From Cyanophora paradoxa CCMP329 (Eukaryota > Plantae > Glaucophyta), in contig QPMI01000104.1 of NCBI GenBank assembly GCA_004431415.1, positions 1 through 64,000 on the forward strand: a stretch of DNA of 64,000 nt, in the 5' to 3' direction. Below the pieces are notes generated by a model. It had not been told where the DNA came from, made no database searches, and saw nothing but the letters and a program-made list of their open reading frames with translations. Positions 21,151 to 30,100 of the stretch are shown one piece after another; the first letter of the stretch is position 1; each line of letters begins with the position of its first letter. A program made the position numbers and the translations under genes.

Positions 21151-21825
21151 GGCCGTCACGGAGCGGCGGCGCGTTCGTCTAGGGCGGGGCGGCCGTGGCG
21201 CCGTCCGTACCCCCCTCGGCCGTCACGGAGCGGCGGCGATTCTCCCTAGGACGCGGCCGGTCCTCTCCCTCCACCAGCATCTCTTTCCTTCGTACCCCCC
21301 GCGGCGCGGTACACGCCCCTCGCCCGACGCCGGCGCCCCCCTAGAGGGAACTGACTCGGCTCCGTGACGGGCGGCAGGGGTAGGCCCGCATCGCTTTCCT
21401 TCGTACCCCCGGCGGCGCGGTAAGCTCTTCGCCCGCCGCCGGCGCCGCGCTAGAGGGAACTGACTCGGCTCCGTGACGGGCGGCGGGGGTAGGCCCGTGT
21501 CTGTTTCCTTCGTACCCCCGGCGGCGCGGTGAGCTCTTCGCCCCCCGCCGGCGCCGCGCTAGAGGGAACTGACTCGGCTCCGTGACGGGCGGCGGGGGTA
21601 GGCCCGTGTCTCTTTCCTTCGTACCCCCCGCGGCGCGGTACGCCCCTCGCCCGACGCCGGCGCCGCCCTAGAGGGAACTGACTCGGCTCCGTGACGGGCG
21701 GCGGGGGTAGGCCCGCATCGCTTTCCTTCGTACCCCCGGCGGCGCGAGGTAAGTCCCTCGCCCGCCGCCGGCGCCGCCCTAGAGGGAACTGACTTGGCTC
21801 CGTGACGGGCGGCGGGGGTAGGCGC
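21151..21825 (-). repeat. Repeat region hr4 (inverted, no AT node): 2x A, 5x B
   Basis: Reverse-complement A and B monomers. Confidence 0.92.
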
Positions 21826-21955
21826 ACCTCTCCTGCGTTTGCTCCCCGCCTCGGGCCTCCGCCTTGTCCGCCGGCCCGCTGCGATTCGTAAAGGAGAGCG
21901 TCCCGCGGCCCGCGGGGGCCACTCGTGGACGAGCGGCGATCGCGTCCGGGCCTGC

Positions 21956-23890
21956 ATGGGTACGGGAGCTAAGGGTAAGGAGCGGGCCGAGCCCGCCGCG
22001 GGGTCCGCCGGCGCCGCCCCGCCGCTGGATACGCGCGGCGCGCGGGTCTCGCGGCCCAAGTACATCTCGGCGTGGCTCGAACTCGACCTACGCCCACAAT
22101 GCTCCGTCTGCCGCTCGCAGCGGCTCCACCCTCCGGCCTACGTCCCGGCGTGCCTCGCGGCGAGCATCGTCGAGCTCGCCGGCGGCGGCGACCTCGACCG
22201 CGCGATCGACCTCAACGACGAGCGGGCGGGCCGCCTCATCGGACACCACGGCCTCGCGTGCCTCGCCTGCGTCCCCAAGGTACCGGTACCCCCGCCTTAC
22301 CCCCCCTGACCGCCCCGCTCACCCCGTCGCCGCGCGCGCAGGCCCTTCGCTGCGCCGACGCCGCCGGAGACGCCGAGGGCGAGGTCGAGTGCCCCATGGC
22401 GCAGGGGGCGTGCCGCGAGCCGCACCCGACGCTCGCCGCCCTCGTCCCCTCGTCGCGCGTCGACGGCTACCTCGCCTACCGCGCCTTTGTCCACGAGGCC
22501 GAGCGCCCCGAGTCCTGGGCCGGCGCGGCGAGCGTCTCCCAGGCCGCCCAGCACGCCGTCTACCTCGCGAACCGCCCGTCGGCGGCGCGCCCGTCGGCCC
22601 CGGAGGCGCGCCCCGCCCTCGCCCTCTGCGACGGCGCGGGGGCCTCGTCCTCCTCGGCGCCGGCGCCCGCTGAGATTCCCAGGGCGGCTCCGGCCCCCCG
22701 GAGCCCACCCCCGCCGCGGCGGCCTCTGCGGAATCGGATCCGGAGCCGCCGCGCCGCCCGCCGCGGCGCGTCGCCCCCGCCCGCGCGGCCTCCGCCGCCG
22801 CCGAGCGCGAGCAAGAGGACGAGCTCGAGGACGGAGACGCCAGCAAGGGCGCCGCCGCCGCGGGCCCGGGGCCCCTCGCCAAGCGGGCGCGGCGGCAGCC
22901 GGCCGAGCGGCGGCCGCCGTGGGAGAGCGAGAAGCTCGCCAAGCTCCTCTACCAGGCGTACACGTGCAGGCTCTCCGAGTACGACGACGACGACGACGCC
23001 GACGCCGGCTCCGAGGAGGGCGCGCCCGGCGCGCAGGGCGAGGCGGACCCGATGGAGACGTGGGAGGAGGAGCGGCGGGCGGCGTTCGAGGGGGCGATGG
23101 AGGAGCTCTCCTCCTCGTCCGACTCGGGCTCGGAGCGGGGCGGGGGCGACGAGGGGCCGGGGGAGGAGGGTGCGCCCGGCCAGGAGGAGGACGAGGGCGC
23201 GGCGGCCCTCGCCGAGCTCGAGCGCGGCCTCCGGCGGGGGGTACGCCCTCCATCTCGACCCCTCCCCCCGGCCTCACCTGATGCCCGCCCCGCCCGCAGG
23301 TCGACGCGGCCCTGGTGGGGATCCAGCTCGACGCCGACGCCGGCGCCCGGCGGGCCCTCTACGCCCGCGCGCAGCACGCGGGTCGCGAGCGGATCCGGTG
23401 CCTCCTCCTCGTCAGCTCCGGCATCCTCGGCGCGTTCGAGCGCTTCCGGGAGGCCAACGGGCGGAACCCGAGGAGCTGGGGCCTCTTCCGCAAGGACAGC
23501 GTGGAGCCAAAGTACTCGCCGATCCTCGAGGCGTGCGGCCTGCGCCTCGAGGACCGGGCGGCGTGCGCCAAGGTCTACGCCGACCTCTGCTCCTGCGCAC
23601 GCGTCCTGCAGCGGCTCCCCGGCCTTGCGCGCGTCGTCGGCGACGGCGTCAGCCCGCACGACTTTATCGCCTACCTCCCGCTCCTCCAGCGGGCCCCCGC
23701 CGAGGCCGTCGCCGCGCTCGAGCAGCGGCTCCAGGAGCGCGTCGCCTCGTACAAGGGCGAGAACGGGGAGGCGCTGGTTCGGATGCCGGCGGCGGTGTTT
23801 CGGCTCAAGGCGGACGGCGCGAGCTCGAGCTCGGATGGCGGCGGCGGCGGGTCGACGTCGGCCCCCGACGATCACGCCGAGGCCGCGTGA
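21956..23890 (+). CDS. Spliced protein with N-terminal atypical RING-like Zn finger, acidic linker and unknown C-terminal domain
   Basis: CSVC...C...HHGLACLAC, intron 22280-22341, then ...CPMAQGAC. Second intron ~23241-23299. Apparent homopolymer frameshifts in the linker. Confidence 0.65.
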
Positions 23891-24073
23891 GCTGCATCCT
23901 CGATTCGTGTATCCGTGCGCTCGAGCCTGGTTTCGTCTGAATACAAGATAGTGAAATTGCTGCTTTCGCTCGAATCCGCGAGGGATTCTGCGCGGGCGGG
24001 ACCCCGCAGGGAAGGCCCGGACCACCATTCCTCTTTCTCTAAATCTCCTCGCGATCGTTGAATTCCAGCCACC

Positions 24074-24541
24074 ATGGACGCCAACGTGTACACCGACGCG
24101 AGCCCGCCGTCGCGCGCGACGCCCCTCGCCGATCGCGATGCAGTCGCGACGCCGACGAGCTCGAGCACGGACCCCGCCGTCGAGATCAAGCCCACGTCCG
24201 AGACGCGCCCCTCTGCCAAGCTCTGGACGCCCGAGGACATTACGGCGTGCGGCCTCCCCAGCGATCCGGAGCTCGACGCCCTCGTGTGCGACGCGCTGAA
24301 CAGCTTTACCTACGAAGTCTACGCGGCGGAATGCATCAAGGCCGGCTTCAAGCCCCGCGCCCCCTCCGCCTCGTCGGCCCGCCGAAGCGCTTCGCCGACG
24401 AGTTCTAATTATATTATTAAACCTATAGCTAGGCATGTACATTCCCATGTACCCCCTCTTCGGTCTCGCGGGATGCACAAATACATCCGGAAAATCGTTT
24501 GTTCGCGAGATGAGCGCAGCGACATCTCGCTGGGCCTCTGA
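24074..24541 (+). CDS. Hypothetical protein
   Basis: ATG in a CCACCATGG context, protein-like composition, and open in both copies. Confidence 0.5.
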   Translation: MDANVYTDASPPSRATPLADRDAVATPTSSSTDPAVEIKPTSETRPSAKLWTPEDITACGLPSDPELDALVCDALNSFTYEVYAAECIKAGFKPRAPSASSARRSASPTSSNYIIKPIARHVHSHVPPLRSRGMHKYIRKIVCSRDERSDISLGL

Positions 24542-24670
24542 GTACCCCCGTGAACCCCCCGGCCCCTAATTCTAGGCCTAGGCCTCCGGATCCCCCCACG
24601 AGGGCCGCACCCTAGACGCCCACGCGATCGACTCTCGCAGGCCGCTCGCGCGCGGGACAATTGGACCCAG

Positions 24671-25513
24671 ATGGCGCGCACGAAACACGCGCAAGGGTCT
24701 AAGAAGGGGACCGGACACAAGGCCCCGCGCAAGCGCTTCGCCTCTCTGAAGTCGTCGTCCAAGAGCGCGAGAAAGAACGCTCCCGCGGCCGGTGGGGTGA
24801 AGAAACCTCATCGCTATCGCCCGGTACACGTTTCTTAATAGTAAGCTTAAACTTGAAAGCTTAAGCTTACTCATTGAGTTGGTGAATCGGCGACTATGAT
24901 TTCGAAATTCAGGGCACGGTGGCTCTCAGGGAAATTCGCAAGTGGCAAAAGGTACGTTATATATAATCATTCAATTTCCTTACTATGGTATAGATATTGA
25001 TATACTAACGTGTACATATAACGCAGTCGACGCAGCCTATCATCGCGCTCGGTCCGTTTCTGCGACTCGTCAAGGAGATCACGGACGATCAACTCAAGGA
25101 ACGGCGCAACACGGGCGAGTCCAACGTCCCGTTTGGGATCCGCTGGTCAAAGGACTCGATTCTCGCCCTGCGTGAGGCCGCCGAGGCGTAAGTCTCATGA
25201 TCATACTAAATTCCCACATCTAATTAACGTAATCATATGCATCCCACCCCGGCCCCGCGCGCGCAGGCACGCGATCGAGACCTTTGAGGACGGCAATTTG
25301 ATGGCCATTCATGCAAAGCGGTGCGCCCAAATAATCATCATTGATACCCTAATTAATATTATAAGTTGAATGTCCCGCGATCGCGTGCCCGATGCCCGAC
25401 CTGACGCGCTAGACGCGCGCCTACGCCGCAGCGTGACGATCCAGCCCAAAGATATACAGCTCCGGAGGCGCATCCGTCGCGAGGACAAGGTCGAGGCGGT
25501 GGCGTCGGGGTGA
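24671..25513 (+). CDS. H3: Divergent histone H3 variant (H3-like tail, CenH3-like fold), 5 exons
   Basis: Exons 24671-24823, 24913-24951, 25027-25187, 25267-25320 and 25432-25513 translate to [162 protein letters not shown]. All introns are GT-AG. Confidence 0.96.
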
Positions 25514-25789
25514 TCATGAGCCCCGGCCCTTGACCCCCAAAACCTCCCAATCCCCGGCCCGCTTGAAAATGAATTCTACGGGTGGGGCACTCCCGTACGT
25601 GATGCTCGAGGCGGGGGGAGGGTCTGGGACGGGGTACGGGAGACCGACCCCTCCCATGTATGGGCGGGACCGAGGGCTCGAAAACCGAAATATTGGAAAC
25701 GCAGGGCACCGAGTGCGAATATCGTGTCCTAGTATCATAGAAACACAAACCCCGAGCGAGGTGCCGAGCCAAGGTGCATCAAAGAAACT

Positions 25790-25830
25790 AAAAATTAAAA
25801 ACCAAAAGGTCCAATACAGATTGAGGGACC
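25790..25830. other. Putative end-to-end junction (attP-like) between tandem units
   Basis: AAAACCAAAAGG|TCCAATACAGATTGAGGGACC here, versus AAAACCAAAAGG|GTGGACTG at 59427. Confidence 0.6.
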
Positions 25831-26053
25831 GTCGAATACCCCGTTAAACAAAAAGTCGGCCCCGCACAAACGCGTCGCAGGGGCTCGGGAGGGCCCGGAG
25901 AGCGCGAATAAATTGCTAGTGCGGATCCCGGACCTCGTTTCAAAACGAACCCTAGGTCCCCGGAGAGGGGTCCAAGGGTCCCCAAAATCTGTACCCCTGG
26001 CCCCGCAGACGCCGGTGCACGCAGTACTCGGAGAGGCCGTTCAATACACGTCC

Positions 26054-26491
26054 CTAAGAAGATCCGATAGCCTGAAAGGGGCGCTTCCGCGGGGCGGGGG
26101 GCGGACGGACGCTCGCCTTGGCCCAGGCGGACTTGATGGCGAGCTCGGACGCGCTGCTGGCGAGCGCCGCGCACGCCAGCTCGAGCCGCCGGGCGTCGAG
26201 GTAATCGGCGAGGATCGCGAGCTCGGCGAGGAAGACGAGAGCCGAGGCGGCGGCCCGCGGGTCGGGGTAGGCCCCGGGGGCGAGGGCGGCCGCCGCGGGC
26301 GAGGGGTGCGAGAGGGCGACGCCGGCCGCCGACACGAGCGAGGAGCGGAAGGGGAGCGGGACGGGGGCCACGTCGGCGTCGGAGCAGCTCGAGGCGAGGG
26401 AGAGGATGCGGGCGTCGGCGGCGAGCGCCGCGGGGCACGGGATATGGACGCCGTCGGAGCAGAGAAGGATCATCGGTGTCATAGCTGTCAT
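26054..26491 (-). CDS. Skp1/Elongin-C-like BTB/POZ protein
   Basis: ILLCSDG..., PVPLP and LAELAILADYLDARRLELACAALA correspond to Skp1 LQSSDG, PVPLPNV and [25 protein letters not shown]. Confidence 0.75.
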   Translation of the reverse strand: MTAMTPMILLCSDGVHIPCPAALAADARILSLASSCSDADVAPVPLPFRSSLVSAAGVALSHPSPAAAALAPGAYPDPRAAASALVFLAELAILADYLDARRLELACAALASSASELAIKSAWAKASVRPPPAPRKRPFQAIGSS

Positions 26492-26723
26492 CCGACGAAG
26501 ACGAGCTCGAGGAGGAGCGAGATCGGAGGCATTTCTGGGAGAGTTCGGCCACGTCCGCTCCAGACGGCCCTCCGCCTCCCGCGCCGCCGCGTTCGGATCT
26601 GAGCCTCGCGGCGTCGCAGGGCGCCCGGCGCCGTCCCCGAAGCCCGAGCCGGCGGGGGCGCACCGATCTCATCGCCGCGGGCGGCGGTGACGAGTCGCCG
26701 ACGCCGCGCGTTGCCGAGCGCCT

Positions 26724-26950
26724 TGGTGGAAGACCTGGCCGAATATTAGCAAAGGCGGGGGTGGGGGTGGGGGTGACGAAGCCGGGCCGGCGTACGTGGT
26801 CAATGCGGGGCGGGGCGCGGCGGCCGCCGCCGCGACGCAGGCGGGCGACGAGGGCGGGGCGCCCCTAGGTGGCAAACCTGGCCGAATTTCAGAGGGGGTA
26901 AGGTGTAGGTGGGGGACGAAGCCGGGCGGGCGTACGTGATCAACGTCGCG
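26724..26950 (+). repeat. Diverged direct repeat pair (~85 bp, period ~144) between the divergent Skp1-like and recombinase genes
   Basis: GGTGG..ACCTGGCCGAAT...GACGAAGCCGGGC.GGCGTACGTG.TCAA occurs at ~26724 and ~26868. Confidence 0.7.
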
Positions 26951-27177
26951 GGATGGCGGCCTCGGCTCGTGGGGATACGATTCGGCCTCGTCCGCTCCCG
27001 TCGGCCTTCCGCCCCGCGCGCGGCCTGTGCGCAGGGACTAAAGATAACATCGGCGACGCGAGCGCGAGGATTAAAGGTGCGAGGTAACCCATAAATAGAT
27101 CCCACCCCGCACGTCGAATCCCAACACCTCGCCCCTCCCACTCCGGGTCGCCCGCCCGCACGGCCCGGCCGGCGACC

Positions 27178-30100
27178 ATGTACTTCCAGACGGTCCACGA
27201 CGCGTACGAGCTGATCGAGTTCGACGGGCCGTGGGGGCGGACGCAGCTCGTGGTGCTAAAGTCCGACGCCGGGCCCTCCGTCTGCTCTGCCGAGCTCGCG
27301 CGCGTCCTGGGCGAGCCGCCGTTGGCCGAGGGCGAGGGCGAGGACGAGGTGCAGGACGTGCTCACCGCGCGCTATGGCGTCCCAGCGCGGCCCGTGCCGA
27401 GCGAGCACGCGATCCTCCTCCTGGAGACCCTCGGGGCCGTCCGGCGCGGCGAGTACACGCCCGAGGACCCGCCGCGCCTCTTGTCGATGAGGTACGTGCT
27501 CGAGGTCGTCGACCAGGCGTGGCGGGACAGCGACGAGGCCCGGAAGCGCGCCGCTGCCACCGCGTTCTATGCCGCCAACGAGCGCCGCCGCCTGTGCGCC
27601 CTCTCCCGCTACGACCTGTACGTCGTGCGCGTCGGCGGCGAGCGGCTCTACGCCCTGCCGGCGACCCGGATCGAGGCTCCGGACCTGAAGCTCTGGGTCC
27701 CCATGGCGTCGCTCTCCGAGCTCCTCTACGGCTCCTCGCGCGCCACGAACTCGCTCCGCCGGGAGATCGAGCGCCGCCTCCCGGAACTCGCGTCGGGCGG
27801 CCCGCACCGCTGGAACGTTACGACGCTCAGCGTCGGGCGCGAGCGCTTCGGCATGCTCACGAGGACGCTCACCTACTACGCCGGCATCGGCGCCGAGGTC
27901 GACGGGGAGCGAACGCGGAGCTCGGCGCGCCGCTGGGCGTTCCTCAGCGCCGTCGCCGTCGAAAGCCTCCTGAAGGATCTCCCCGGCCGGGATCCGAACC
28001 TCCACCTCGACTTTCGCCGCCAGCGGCTCGTGCTAGAGGGCGCCGACCCCGCCACCGTCGCCGCCGCGGCCCCCGCGCCGGCGCCTGCGGGACCCAGGGT
28101 CGGTATCTTTGGCGCGCGCGAGTGGCTCGCCGACACGCACGTCGCCAACGTGATGAGCCTCTTGCTCCACCGCGCCAAGAACGCGCGCGTGCGGGCCCTG
28201 TACCCCATGCCGGTGGAGATTCTGACGAGCCTCCTTCGGCGCTACGCTGCGGCGGGCGAGGAGCGGCGTCAGCGCAAGGCCCTGGGGTTCGTGGCGCGGG
28301 GGGGTACCCTCTTCTGCCCGGTCTCGACGTCGATCGCGCGGCGCGGGGCGGAGCGGACGTGGAACAGCGGCGGGCACTGGACGCTGCTCGTGCTCTCCGG
28401 CGCCGCGAGGTCCGACGGCGCCGCGCCCCGCGCCCCCGCGCCCGAGCCCGCGTCCTCTGCGCCACTCGCGATCGCGCCGCCCCCGCAGGACGACGCGGTA
28501 CTGGGACAGCCTCGGCGCGCCCTGCGACGCCAGGTTGCTCTACGCCGCCCAGGCGGCCTTTCCCGCGCACGCGTACCGCGAGGAGACGGCCGGTGGGCGC
28601 CTCCAGGGGGACGGGTTCCAGTGCGGCATCTGTGCGGGGCCCGGTTCGATTCCGCGGGGGTAACGGGATCAAACTCATGCCGCGCGCACCGCGCAGGGGT
28701 CCTCTGGATCGCGGACGTGGGGATCGTCGAGGCGACGACGGGCTTTCCGTGGTCGGACGAGCTCGAGCAGGGCTCCATCCACTTCTTCCGCCCCGGGGCC
28801 CTATGGCGGATCAGATCGCAAAGGACAACGGGAAATTCATCGCCGAGAAGCGGCTGGCGTACCGGCGGATGCTGGAGAGCATGGACCACGGCGGGGCGAC
28901 GCTCTTTGACGTGGACGCCCTCGTGGACCCGAGCGCGTGGTGCTCGGCGCCGCCGGGGACCCTGTACCCCCAAGCGCGCCCGCGCCCGCCGGCGCCCGCC
29001 CCGCCGAGCCGGACGAGTCCGAGTCGGACTCGGGCGGCGCCGATCCCGAGGGGTCCGCCGAGGCGGGGCCTCGCCGCCCCGCCGCCCGTACCCCCGGCCG
29101 ACGAGCACGGCGAGGAGGAGGACGAAGGCCCGCGGGCGACGAGCCGGCAGAGCGGGGCGCCCCGTACGGCCTGCGCGAGGAGGATCAGTCGCGCGAGCTC
29201 AAGGCGCAGCTCGCCGCGTACGAAGAGTTTCGCACCCGCCTCCTCAACCCCGACCGCCCCGGCGCCGCCGTCGAGCGCTCCACGACGCTGGCGAACGAGC
29301 GGACGACGCTCCTCCGGTTCCTGGGGTACTGCGCCCTCCGCGAGAAGATCGACGGCGCTCTCACGCTCGACCTCTTCTCCGGCGCCCGCGTCGACTTTAT
29401 CGACCTGTGGATGCGGTTCCTCGCGTTTCTCCGCGACGAGCGCAGGGTCCGGGCGGGCACCTTGGCGGGGTACACGCAGGCGGCCCTCCAGGCCCACTCC
29501 TTTGTCCACGCGCGGACGGCCGGCGCCGCCGCCGGCTCCGAGGGCCCCCACGGGCGCCCGCTGCGGAACCTGATCGCGCAGCTGAGAAAGGAGAAGCGCG
29601 AAGGCGTGAAATGGCGTCAGCGCGGACCGAACTGGGTGCCGTTCGAGGCGCTCCTCTCGGCGCGGCTGGACGCGCTGGAGGCGGCGGAGCGGGCGCCGCT
29701 CGAGTACGAGAGGGCGCTCGCCCTCCGCGAGGGCGTCCTCCTCTCCCTCCTCGTCTCCACGCCCTCGCGCGTCGGCATCGTCCGCCGCCTCAGGTGCCGT
29801 ACCCCCCGCGCCGCGCCGTCGCCCCGCGCCGAGCGAGGGCCCCGTCCCGCCCCTCTGCGCCCCCCGCAGGATCGGCCACACGCTGCGGCGGGACGGCGGC
29901 GCGTGGACAATCACGCTCACCCAGATGCGGGCGGACGCGGGGCAGGGCGAGGCCGTCCTCTCGTCGAAGACCGCGAAAACTGCGGGGGCGATCAGCTACC
30001 CGATCCCGGAGTTTGTGCAGCGGCCGCTCACCTCGTACGTCGAGCGGTACCGGCGCCTCCTCCTCCCGCCGCTGCCGGGGGGCGCGGACGAGGGCTGGCT

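Larger units (their letters stand above)
1..25809. mobile_element. Preceding tandem copy of the same element (left part lies outside the window)
   Basis: Near-identical to 33760-59427. The offset shrinks from 33759 to 33618, mainly through 1-bp indels. Confidence 0.85.
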
